Shown piece by piece: positions 1 to 8,296 of a stretch of 8,410 bases of DNA. A program made the position numbers and the translations under genes. Source of the stretch: a virus (Duplodnaviria > Heunggongvirae > Uroviricota > Caudoviricetes); IMG/VR virus record IMGVR_UViG_2684622543_000010, one strand, 5' to 3'. Numbering within the stretch: the first letter of the stretch is position 1; every line of letters starts with the position of its first letter. The notes beneath the pieces were generated by a model, which was not told the DNA's origin, did not search any database, and saw only the letters and a program-made list of their open reading frames with translations.

Positions 1-70
1 TCAATGATCGGAAGTATGCCAAATCGTGATCGATTGTGATGCCAAACTGTGATCGGAGATGGATGCCAAA

Positions 71-875
<805 letters not shown>

Positions 876-971
876 ATATATATGTATTTTCTCTGTTAAG
901 CGTGAGCTACGTGAAAAATAATTTTTGGTGTGGGTATTAACTTTGCTTTATTCACGTAGAACACCGTTAAA

Positions 972-3152
972 TCATTCTTCCTCTGGATAGCTTGAACTTA
1001 AGAGCATATCCTGCGTGAACTGGTCATTAGCTGATTGATTGAAAGTAAAGAAAGATGGTTCATCTGGTCGAACGACAACTTGACCACCAAGTGAAACTTT
1101 CACTGGCTCCTGAATACGCTTACTCAAAGCACTAATTTCATCCCTCAGACCCTGAATATCTGCACTCGTTAATGCTGAATCTTGCTTAATGTTGTTTAAC
1201 TCTGGATGATTGAATCTTGCAATATTCATTGTGGCATTGTTAAACAATTCACCCATTGAACTAAAAATTCTACTCCATCCTTCGTTAATCATATTCGGTT
1301 TATTAGGGTCACCAGAATACACGGGATTAAAGTCACTACCCACACCTACCCCAGACGGATGCATATTAGCGTTTTTGACTACTTCCTGATTCATAAAATC
1401 CAGTGCTTTCTTCAATGCATATAAACCAAGAGTGACGCCTCTGATTTGTGGAATCATTGAAGCTAATGCTAACGCTGTTTCATAACCGTCATCAGCATAA
1501 CCAATTGCAAGAGCACTACCTACACCACCAGCTACACCTTTCAGTTTTCCACCACCTTTACCAGTAGCTACCTGACCAGCCACCTGATTAGCTCTTGTAC
1601 CTAACGTTGTGATTGCTCTTGTCAGGTTCATAACCCCTGTAGTAGCACTGAATAGCGTCTTTGCAGATAACGCTATAGCAAGACCTTTGACGAAGTTGAT
1701 AAAACCATCACCGACTTCATCAAGTAGTTTTCGTTTAGTGTCATCAAGGCTGTAATAGAACTTCTTAGTCTGTAAAATCCAGCCTTCAATGGTGTTATTG
1801 AATACGCGAATATCATCTACACCAGCTTTAAGCATGTCGATAAGTCCACCGATAGCATCACCAGCGATAGAAGAACTCATCCCCATTTCACTAAGCAGGT
1901 TACTCAGGCTGGATAAGAAGCCGTTTAGCTCATCCTGTGAACCTGAGAAGATTTTCACCATCGTATCATCCCAATTGTTTGCTAACTTACCTAAAGCTGT
2001 CTGAGTGCTCTTAGTGACTTCAGCCCAGCCACCCGCTTTATCAATCATCAAGCCCATCTGTTTAGCGACTTTAGGGAGAGTATCAGCGGAAAGTACCTTC
2101 CCGTTTTTCATGGCTGCATCAAGCTCTGTAGCAGTCATACCCAATGCTTCAGCGAATAGCTTAAATGCACCAGCCATACGGTCACCTAACTGCCCACGTA
2201 ATTCCTCAGCCTGAATCTTGCCCTTGCTCGCCATCTGCTCAAATGCTCTCAAAATGCCGTTTAGCTCATCGTTAGAAAGCCCCATTAAGCGACTCATAGC
2301 CGTTGCATTACCAAATAGCTCCTGTGTCTGTTCCTGTGACATAGAACCCTGAGCACCTGCTGCAAACTTAGCGTAGCTTGATAGCCCTTCAGAGATATTA
2401 AGACCTGTCTTGTCTGCTAAATTTCGAATAAATACCTCAGCTTCAGATGCTTTATCACCAAGTACAAACTTAGCGGCTCTCTGTGCGGAATCTCGTTTAA
2501 GACCTGCATTCATAATGGCCTTGTAAGCGTTAAGAGCACCCATCACAGAGTAAAATGCACCAGATAATTTAATCGCATTGCTTGCAAGATTATTAAATGC
2601 GTCGCTTGTATTGTTAATGCTGGCGGTCTTTGTCTGTGACCTGAGTTTATTCAACGTTTCACGAAGAGATTGATTTAATTTTGCAAGTTCAGCGTTAAAC
2701 TTTTCACTTCCAATATTACCAGCCTTACCGCTTAAGCTGTAATACTGTGCTTTAAACATTTTAGCCATCAGCGGATTAATATCACCAAGCTTAGACATAT
2801 TCACGCTATGCGCTGCTGTGATTGCTCTGTTTCCGCTAATTCGTGGTTGCCTTGATTGTTTTGGAGGATTAACAGTGTCATTAAATCTGGTGGCAAACTG
2901 AAATGCTTTTGTGCTTCTTGCTCTCTGCTCAATCTTGTCAAAGGTCTTATTAAACTTCCTTTCAAGCTGCCCTAAAGAACTTGTCAGATTGCTGTCAAGT
3001 TGCTTGGTATCGACCTTAAACGCTCTATTCAAATTGCGTTCAATTCTTTGTGCTGACTGCAAAGCTGCCTTTTCAACTCTTTGCAAGCCCTTAATAACGT
3101 TTTCACTGAAACTAAGTTCAACGATAAAACTATCAACTGTGAATTTGCTCAT
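972..3152 (-). CDS. Phage tail tape measure protein (726 aa)
   Basis: Long ORF; SD AGAGGTG upstream of ATG at 3152. N-terminal coiled-coil-like region, central segment typical of the tape-measure domain (RLMGLSNDELNGILRAFEQMASKGKIQAEELRGQLGDRMAGAFKLFAEALGMTATELDAAMKNGKV), Ala/Gly/Leu-rich helical composition and a glycine-rich stretch (GKGGGKLKGVAGGVGSALAIGY). Family assignment from recalled motif patterns, not a search. Confidence 0.8.
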   Translation of the reverse strand: MSKFTVDSFIVELSFSENVIKGLQRVEKAALQSAQRIERNLNRAFKVDTKQLDSNLTSSLGQLERKFNKTFDKIEQRARSTKAFQFATRFNDTVNPPKQSRQPRISGNRAITAAHSVNMSKLGDINPLMAKMFKAQYYSLSGKAGNIGSEKFNAELAKLNQSLRETLNKLRSQTKTASINNTSDAFNNLASNAIKLSGAFYSVMGALNAYKAIMNAGLKRDSAQRAAKFVLGDKASEAEVFIRNLADKTGLNISEGLSSYAKFAAGAQGSMSQEQTQELFGNATAMSRLMGLSNDELNGILRAFEQMASKGKIQAEELRGQLGDRMAGAFKLFAEALGMTATELDAAMKNGKVLSADTLPKVAKQMGLMIDKAGGWAEVTKSTQTALGKLANNWDDTMVKIFSGSQDELNGFLSSLSNLLSEMGMSSSIAGDAIGGLIDMLKAGVDDIRVFNNTIEGWILQTKKFYYSLDDTKRKLLDEVGDGFINFVKGLAIALSAKTLFSATTGVMNLTRAITTLGTRANQVAGQVATGKGGGKLKGVAGGVGSALAIGYADDGYETALALASMIPQIRGVTLGLYALKKALDFMNQEVVKNANMHPSGVGVGSDFNPVYSGDPNKPNMINEGWSRIFSSMGELFNNATMNIARFNHPELNNIKQDSALTSADIQGLRDEISALSKRIQEPVKVSLGGQVVVRPDEPSFFTFNQSANDQFTQDMLLSSSYPEEE

Positions 3153-3250
3153 TCATGTTTCACCTCTTTAAGTGTTCATATACGAAAAAGGGAAAGACTA
3201 CCGATATCACTCGATAATCTCTCCCGTAGATTTTCACCCAACCAATCTTG

Positions 3251-3457
3251 TTACCTAACCAGATAATAATTACCATCTTCACCAACAATCTGACAATCAC
3301 TTGGTAATTTATCAAGACACCACTTAGCTATTTTCCTGATTCTATTCTTTTGCTTAGAGGAGGTGAATGATTTGATTCGTTTTGGTTTGTTGGGTTGTTC
3401 TTTCAATCGTTCACTAATTGCTTTAATAAGCTCATAGCGTTCTGTTAAATCAATCAT
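3251..3457 (-). CDS. Hypothetical small basic protein (68 aa)
   Basis: ORF with ATG at 3457 preceded by AAGGTGGTGGTG (SD-like); lysine/arginine-rich; immediately upstream of the tape measure gene. No recognisable family. Confidence 0.5.
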   Translation of the reverse strand: MIDLTERYELIKAISERLKEQPNKPKRIKSFTSSKQKNRIRKIAKWCLDKLPSDCQIVGEDGNYYLVR

Positions 3458-3481
3458 TCACCACCACCTTTTAATTATTAA

Positions 3482-4192
3482 TTAAATAGCCTTTGCATAT
3501 TTGCTAGAAATCTTCGTAAGCTGCTCAATATCAGCCTGCATAGCAATCTTCTTAGCATCTTCATATTCTTTCACAAGCTCTTTCATAGCCTGAAGCTCTC
3601 TTGAGAGATACAACTTAACATTATCAAGTTGCTTGTTACGTGATGCCAAGATGTTCTGTCTAGCAATTTCAGCGAGTTCTTCATCGCTCTTATTAGTCAT
3701 GTAAATAAACTGACCAGCACCTCTTGATGCCTTAACCATCTTCACAATTCGATGTCCAGCAGGAAGACTACTAATCACGGCTGCGACGTTTTCTTGAAAA
3801 GTACCAAAACCATCATTATCTTCGTATTGGTAATAGACAAATGGTTTCTGTGACAATTCATCCTGAATCTCAAATTCTGACGGCTCAATAGCTGATTGCA
3901 TCAAGGTAACTTTGCTGTAAGCGTCATCTAATCTAAGGCGCTGTTCTTTCAGCAGTTGGTAATATTTCTTTTCAAGCTCAAGTAATGCTTCACTCTTGCA
4001 AATATCAGGCATCTCTTGAGGCTCAGGAGACACAAAGATGGTTGTTTTTGGTGACATCTTTAGCGATTGCTCAAGCTCAATACGCTTGTCATGCTCTTTA
4101 CGCTGAATAGTGATAGCTGGATGTTCAGTCTGTGGCGACCAGTCACTGAAGCTATCAATCACTTTGCCATTAATGTAAATATCATTTGTCAT
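3482..4192 (-). CDS. Hypothetical protein (236 aa), predicted coiled-coil-rich
   Basis: ATG at 4192 (MTNDIYINGK...) preceded by AGAGGA 6 nt upstream. The track's longer form (start 4240) lacks an RBS and is rejected. No recognisable family. Confidence 0.6.
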   Translation of the reverse strand: MTNDIYINGKVIDSFSDWSPQTEHPAITIQRKEHDKRIELEQSLKMSPKTTIFVSPEPQEMPDICKSEALLELEKKYYQLLKEQRLRLDDAYSKVTLMQSAIEPSEFEIQDELSQKPFVYYQYEDNDGFGTFQENVAAVISSLPAGHRIVKMVKASRGAGQFIYMTNKSDEELAEIARQNILASRNKQLDNVKLYLSRELQAMKELVKEYEDAKKIAMQADIEQLTKISSKYAKAI

Positions 4193-4590
4193 TGCTTTTC
4201 CTCTTCTAAGCGGAAGTGTTTCAGTTTTTAAAAAGCACACCTGACAGCCTATCTAAACTTAGAAGAGACTTAAAAGGCGGTTTGCCAAGTATGCTTTTTA
4301 AAAGCTGAATAGCCCTAGATAATTTCTTATAAAGGGCCATTCATAAGGTGAAGAAATTAAAACATCTAAAGGATTCAAAAAGGATTCAAACGAATGAACA
4401 AGAGTACTTTTCGAGATGACCTCTCAGACTAACCTGAAAGGTCATGTAGCGAAAAGCATTGCACCTTTCAGAATAACTATCATTGATGTAGAATGATTAA
4501 TAGTTTAATTCAGGAAGAGTTGCTCTTCCCTATTACCATCATCTCATGCTTAAGGTTATTTGTCAACAGCTTTTTAACAGATTGGTAACA

Positions 4591-4668
4591 TCAATTCTTA
4601 TTTACCGTATTACCTACCCAGCAACCAACAAATAACCCTAAAGTCATCCAGAGAATAACGAGTGTCAT
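4591..4668 (-). CDS. Candidate 25-aa hydrophobic micro-protein (MTLVILWMTLGLFVGCWVGNTVNKN)
   Basis: Not in the ORF track (too short). ATG at 4666-4668 overlaps the TAA stop of the upstream gene (TAATG), with GAGGTG 5-6 nt upstream; stop TGA at 4591-4593. Sequence is almost entirely hydrophobic (one predicted transmembrane helix). Could be spurious. Confidence 0.3.
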   Translation of the reverse strand: MTLVILWMTLGLFVGCWVGNTVNKN

Positions 4669-4973
4669 TACATCACCTCGCTGTAAGGGTTTAATTCATT
4701 CTGATAGGTCAAGAATACATTCAGCTTCAATAATTGCTCAGGGCTTAAATCAAGTCGATTGCACTCTTCAATGATAAAGCGCTTATTGTATGGGTCTGTT
4801 ACTTCCAGCTTGTGAACATAGTCACCAAGTTTAATTTCGTTGATTATATGCTTGTCAATATACGTTGACGCTTCAAAACAATGCATGAAATAGATATTAA
4901 AGCCCGACCTGTTCAGGTCAATCAACCAATTCATGGTTTCTTGGTCAACCATAATTTGCATTGGGTAATTCAT
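4668..4973 (-). CDS. Hypothetical protein (101 aa)
   Basis: ATG at 4973 with AGGAAGG 9 nt upstream; last gene of the small-gene operon. No recognisable family. Confidence 0.6.
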   Translation of the reverse strand: MNYPMQIMVDQETMNWLIDLNRSGFNIYFMHCFEASTYIDKHIINEIKLGDYVHKLEVTDPYNKRFIIEECNRLDLSPEQLLKLNVFLTYQNELNPYSEVM

Positions 4974-5119
4974 TTTTAAAATCCTTCCTGTATCGCATTC
5001 TAAGACGTTTTAACCCCTTTTTTAGACCACTTAAGGCGATTCCCTAAGTTACCCTGATTAGGGGCTTAAAAACGTTTCTGGTGCGTCTGGTAAAGCCTGA
5101 GAGATATGTTTTGCTGTTT

Positions 5120-5335
5120 TTAGCTCAAGTCTGAGACTAATAGCCCCATCTGGTGACCGTAGTCTTTTAACCAGCTTTGCTTAACCGGAGTCTTCAGAGA
5201 ATAGTTAGGGGCTGACAAGTGAAGATAGATATCATCTTTGCCGTGGATACTTCCCCATCCTTCGTATAACTCAAGCAAGTTTTCAAAATAACGAAATGCT
5301 TTATTAGTCTGAAGTTGTACTGTGATAGTTTTCAT
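5120..5335 (-). CDS. Hypothetical protein (71 aa, start MKTITVQ)
   Basis: ATG at 5335 overlaps the TGA stop of the upstream ORF (TGATG), indicating translational coupling; the track's extension to 5347 is rejected. No recognisable family. Confidence 0.5.
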   Translation of the reverse strand: MKTITVQLQTNKAFRYFENLLELYEGWGSIHGKDDIYLHLSAPNYSLKTPVKQSWLKDYGHQMGLLVSDLS

Positions 5336-5556
5336 CAAGCACCCCATTCAGAAATAAGCTTAATTCCCTGCTCAAGCTGTTCAGGGTCGTTATAGTCGAG
5401 TATTACCAGTGGCTTTAATTCGTGTTTAAGCTGGTGGATTTGAGAGGGTTTTAATCGTTTGTTTGCTTTGAGGGTCACATCTTCAAATTCAGCATCTGCT
5501 AAATTCTGTCTGATTAGGTGGCGGCCAAGTGTGGAATATTGGAACCTATAACACAT
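5335..5556 (-). CDS. Hypothetical protein (73 aa)
   Basis: ATG at 5556 overlaps the TAA stop of the upstream ORF (TAATG), with GGAGG just upstream. No recognisable family. Confidence 0.55.
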   Translation of the reverse strand: MCYRFQYSTLGRHLIRQNLADAEFEDVTLKANKRLKPSQIHQLKHELKPLVILDYNDPEQLEQGIKLISEWGA

Positions 5557-5846
5557 TAAACCTCCAATCTATCCGCCAGTTGATGGACCTTAGCGCTTAA
5601 CACCTGAATCATTGAGCAACCTGCTACTGCGGACTGTGCTTTGAGTAGTTCCAGTTGGCCCGTTGTGATTCTGATGGCCTTAGAACCCTCTGCGACGCCC
5701 TTAACGTTATCGAAAGGGCTAAGGTTTACCGACTCTTTTAAAATCTCCCCAACAAGCGCTGTGTGCTTCATATCGGGATATTTGGCTTTGATTGCTGCCA
5801 GTCGTTCAAATGCCTCTGGCAAAAGGCGCGTAACTGTGTGAGTCAT
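5556..5846 (-). CDS. Candidate ribbon-helix-helix (CopG/Arc-like) DNA-binding protein, 96 aa; first gene of the small-gene operon
   Basis: ATG at 5846 (MTHTVTRLLPEAFERLAAIKAKY...) with GGAG 9 nt upstream; the track start at 5876 lacks an RBS. N-terminus has a beta-strand-then-helix pattern (TVTRLLPEAFERLAAI) typical of RHH regulators; a second similar segment follows (AIRITTGQLELLKAQ). Pattern-based inference only. Confidence 0.5.
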   Translation of the reverse strand: MTHTVTRLLPEAFERLAAIKAKYPDMKHTALVGEILKESVNLSPFDNVKGVAEGSKAIRITTGQLELLKAQSAVAGCSMIQVLSAKVHQLADRLEV

Positions 5847-5876
5847 TGTAAAAATCTCCTTAAATCTCTTACTCAT

Positions 5877-5983
5877 ACTACAATCTTAACATCTATTTAA
5901 CATATTGTCAGTACCTCATTTACATGATACTATGGTTGTAGGGGCTGATACAGGTGCTGTTTCCTTTCACAAAAGGAAAATTA
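5877..5983. promoter_or_regulatory. Divergent promoter region between the minus-strand small-gene operon and the plus-strand small ORF
   Basis: Plus strand: -35 TTGTCA (5905-5910), 17-bp spacer, extended -10 TGaTACTAT (5925-5933). Minus strand: possible -35 CTGACA (5912-5907), 18-bp spacer, -10 TAAGAT (5888-5883). Hexamers read by eye; no experimental support. Confidence 0.35.
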
Positions 5984-6160
5984 ATGCATGATTTTTTCAC
6001 AGCAATTATTGAATCTCATCGTTTTAGCTCGTTGGGCTTTGCGGTATTTATTGTGCTATTGGTGTTTTGCGTTATGAATCGAGTCATTACAAAAAAGACA
6101 AAGCTTACAATTCGACTTAAACTTCTTCGTGTTGAGATAGAGATTTCAGTAAATAAATAG
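5984..6160 (+). CDS. Small predicted single-pass membrane protein (58 aa from ATG; 68 aa if the in-frame GTG at 5954 is used)
   Basis: The only plausible plus-strand gene; sits in an otherwise uncovered gap. AAGGA 7 nt upstream of ATG 5984; promoter-like element at 5905-5933. Hydrophobic core (LGFAVFIVLLVFCVM) followed by a basic amphipathic tail (TKKTKLTIRLKLLRVEIEI). Ends 9 bp from the convergent minus-strand ORF. Confidence 0.4.
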   Translation: MHDFFTAIIESHRFSSLGFAVFIVLLVFCVMNRVITKKTKLTIRLKLLRVEIEISVNK

Positions 6161-6169
6161 CTGGTGGCC

Positions 6170-6466
6170 TTACCGGCACTTTCCCTTGATAATATTGGTG
6201 GCCCTCAGATTACCGGGGTCACCGTCTTTTAATCGTAGCTGGTGGACTGAATCCCATAAATCGTAATGATACAGCACCGCAAACTTCAAAGCGTCAATCT
6301 TTAAATCTGTCACATCATCGACGAAATAATAATCCCTCCCTTCTTTCTTCGGTCGAATCCGGTAAACTTCCCCGTGAGTATCTTTCATCAAGTAACCTTC
6401 ACGAGAAATGCTGTAACGTCTGAGTAAATAGTCACGGTATTTTCTCTCGCCATTATAAGTTTTCAT
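6170..6466 (-). CDS. Hypothetical protein (98 aa)
   Basis: ATG at 6466 overlaps the TAA stop of the upstream replication-initiator-like gene (TAATG), with GGAGG 9 nt upstream. No recognisable family. Confidence 0.6.
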   Translation of the reverse strand: MKTYNGERKYRDYLLRRYSISREGYLMKDTHGEVYRIRPKKEGRDYYFVDDVTDLKIDALKFAVLYHYDLWDSVHQLRLKDGDPGNLRATNIIKGKCR

Positions 6467-7221
6467 TAAAACATTCCTCCACCATAAACACGTCTGACTT
6501 TAACTTTTTCTTTCTTTGGCTCGGTGTGAGTTTTCTTTTTTGGTGTAAAAGTAAAATCATCGTCACTATCATCAAAGTCATCGAGGTCACTAACCTTGTT
6601 CTTTAGCTTCGCATTTCTGAATCTTTCTTTAATTTCTGCTTTACGCTGTTCACGTTTNNNNNNNNNNNNNNNNNNNNNNNNNNNNNNNNNNNNNNNNNNN
6701 NNNNNNNNNNNNNNNNNNNNNNNNNNNNNNNNNNNNNNNNNNNNNNNNNNNNNNNNNNNNNNNNNNNNNNNNNNNNNNNNNNNNNNNNNNNNNNNNNNNN
6801 NNNNNNNNNNNNNNNNNNNNNNNNNNNNNNNNNNNNNNNNNNNNNNNNNNNNNNNNNNNNNNNNNNNNNNNNNNNNNNNNNNNNNNNNNNNNNNNNNNNN
6901 NNNNNNNNNNNNNNNNNNNNGCTCTGTTAAAACCTCCGGTACTTCATCAAGTGAATAAACTTTAATAACACACTGATTGCTTGCAACGTTAGTTTTCTTG
7001 ATTAAACCATGTGCCTCAAGTTGTTTCATACATGCAATCACGGATGTTCTTGTGATTCCAGCATACTGACCAAGATGAGCATATGAAGGGGTATAATATT
7101 GCCCCTTATCGTGATAAAACTTTTGTTCATTCAACATGACAGTGTAAATAATACGGTCGGCAGCTTTAACGCCATTAGTCATCTGATAAATACGGTCATC
7201 AAACATGTGGAATTTTTCCAT
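6466..7221 (-). CDS. Replication-initiator / replisome-organizer-like winged-HTH protein (about 251 aa as given), interrupted by an N-run
   Basis: ATG at 7221 (MEKFHMFDDRIY...) with AAGGAA 7 nt upstream; the track's upstream extension is rejected. N-terminal ~100 aa has the helix-turn-helix pattern of phage O-type / DnaD-type initiators (RIIYTVMLNEQ...YYTPSYAHLGQYAGITRTSVIACMKQLEAHGLIKK). C-terminus is highly charged (KKK..., DLDDFDDSDDDF). The middle of the protein is unknown because of the N-run. Confidence 0.55.
   Translation of the reverse strand: MEKFHMFDDRIYQMTNGVKAADRIIYTVMLNEQKFYHDKGQYYTPSYAHLGQYAGITRTSVIACMKQLEAHGLIKKTNVASNQCVIKVYSLDEVPEVLTEXXXXXXXXXXXXXXXXXXXXXXXXXXXXXXXXXXXXXXXXXXXXXXXXXXXXXXXXXXXXXXXXXXXXXXXXXXXXXXXXXXXXXXXXKREQRKAEIKERFRNAKLKNKVSDLDDFDDSDDDFTFTPKKKTHTEPKKEKVKVRRVYGGGMF
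6658..6920. other. Run of 263 N (assembly gap or masked sequence) inside the replication-initiator-like CDS
   Basis: Seen directly. Flanking coding segments are in the same reading frame across the run as given, so the N-run may replace real sequence of about this length; its content cannot be assessed. Confidence 0.95.
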
Positions 7222-7603
7222 TATATTTTCCTTTTTAAAAATAAAACAAAGAAAGGGCTGACCACGTATAGTGACCAACCCCAGAGGGAGTGAATTAATT
7301 AGAAGATGGACTGATAAAGGAACTCAGAAGCCTGAGCGATTACGCGAGTATTAACAGCAAAAGGAAAAGCCTTGATTGAATAAGAGGCCGTGAAAATCTG
7401 TCAATACCCTGACGCCTCCCAACGTTGTAACCTCTTAATGTTCTGAGTTCTTTTATCACCCCATATAAAAACTATAACAGATGTGATTATAAATTGCAAC
7501 AATTATTTCACAGAATAATTACTGATTGGTCATTTATTGTTCACAGGGATACTTCTTAATATCTGAATCACCTATCTTGTAAATGACCATATTTATGAGA
7601 ATT

Positions 7604-8266
7604 TTAGCTCAACCTTTGAGCAATCCTGTATGACGTGCTCAGAGGCATTCTGAGAGCATCTGCAATGCACTTAATGGGTTTTCCTTGCCTGTATAGTTTT
7701 ATGAAGCTGTCGAGCGTCTCAGGTGGGTAAATGGTGGGTCTTCCTCTCAAGCCTCCTCTGTTAATGATGGTTAACGGTAATAGCGTGTCACCACAGCAAA
7801 CCGTCTGTGTAATTTCGTGCTTACGTGGTTCTTTTTTAAAAACAACGACTGCACTAGGAAACGGTGAACGAATAGTAAGCCCGTTATGGCCTGCTGGTGG
7901 AAGGTATTTAACTGCACGATGAAGAATACGGATTTCATGACAGTGGTTATTGCTGTAAATGTGCCTAAGCCAGTAGCTGGTGTTGGCTCTATGCGGTATC
8001 AGGAAAGCTACTAAATCCGCTTCAGACGCTTTTAAGAGGAACGACGGAATATCGCTGTACGGCAGGTTACAGAAGACCTTTTCACTAACCCATGATTGAC
8101 GGCTTATATCATTGGTGAATCGTGGTAACAGCGTGTCATGCTCAGTTGCAGCACCATCTAGCGTAAAACCAAATTCACGGTGTAAGTTCTTAAATAACAA
8201 CAATGGAGTTCTCCAGTAATCAGAACCCCCATGATGTTTCCCGATTAAAATATGCTCAATTGACAT
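7604..8266 (-). CDS. Phage Dam-family (T1/HP1-type) N6-adenine DNA methyltransferase homolog with a C-terminal resolvase-type helix-turn-helix extension (220 aa)
   Basis: Family hallmarks in order: DYWRTP, FTLDGAAT, a catalytic-motif position reading NLPYS (canonical is NPPYS), and SPFPSAVVVF. The C-terminal ~60 aa (RGGLRGRPTIYPPETLDSFIKLYRQGKPIKCIADALRMPLSTSYRIAQRLS) resembles the GRP-linker plus HTH of serine recombinases (Hin/resolvase type). No SD upstream of ATG 8266 (AT-rich leader). Motifs recalled from memory, not searched. Confidence 0.8.
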   Translation of the reverse strand: MSIEHILIGKHHGGSDYWRTPLLLFKNLHREFGFTLDGAATEHDTLLPRFTNDISRQSWVSEKVFCNLPYSDIPSFLLKASEADLVAFLIPHRANTSYWLRHIYSNNHCHEIRILHRAVKYLPPAGHNGLTIRSPFPSAVVVFKKEPRKHEITQTVCCGDTLLPLTIINRGGLRGRPTIYPPETLDSFIKLYRQGKPIKCIADALRMPLSTSYRIAQRLS

Positions 8267-8296
8267 AAGAAATAAAAAATTTTATTGCAATCACTC

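Noticed and set aside
1789-2214. Plus-strand ORFs 1789-2004 and 2005-2214 from the six-frame track
   Set aside because: Entirely antisense to the well-supported tape measure CDS; low-complexity Ser/Ala/Pro-rich translations typical of antisense frames; no RBS.
2911-3266. Plus-strand ORFs 2911-3171 and 3081-3266
   Set aside because: Antisense to the 5' end of the tape measure gene and its RBS region; no supporting signals.
4193-4240. N-terminal extensions proposed by the track (this one, and likewise 5847-5876, 5336-5347 and 7222-7278)
   Set aside because: In each case an internal ATG has a correctly spaced SD or a coupled stop/start overlap, whereas the upstream start has no RBS.
4513-4529. 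Hairpin GGAAGAG-TTG-CTCTTCC as an intrinsic terminator (also the 18-bp inverted repeat at 8314-8389)
   Set aside because: Neither is followed by a U-tract on either strand; the 8314-8389 repeat would form a 40-nt loop. Retained only as structural or regulatory candidates.
5641-5841. Plus-strand ORF antisense to the RHH-like gene
   Set aside because: Fully embedded antisense in a CDS that has a good RBS and operon context.
6596-6958. Plus-strand ORF of 120 aa
   Set aside because: Almost entirely translated from the N-run; an artifact of unknown bases.
7099-7293. Plus-strand ORF of 64 aa
   Set aside because: Antisense to the 5' end of the replication-initiator-like CDS; no RBS.
7279-7603. 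Promoter calls in the AT-rich intergenic region upstream of the replication gene (for example TTGCAA 7494-7499 and TATAGT 7471-7476 on the minus strand)
   Set aside because: The region is so AT-rich that many hexamer pairs fit by chance, and the implied leader would be ~240 nt; not reported as a feature without transcript data.
7731-7922. Plus-strand ORF of 63 aa
   Set aside because: Antisense within the methyltransferase CDS, whose motifs establish the coding strand.
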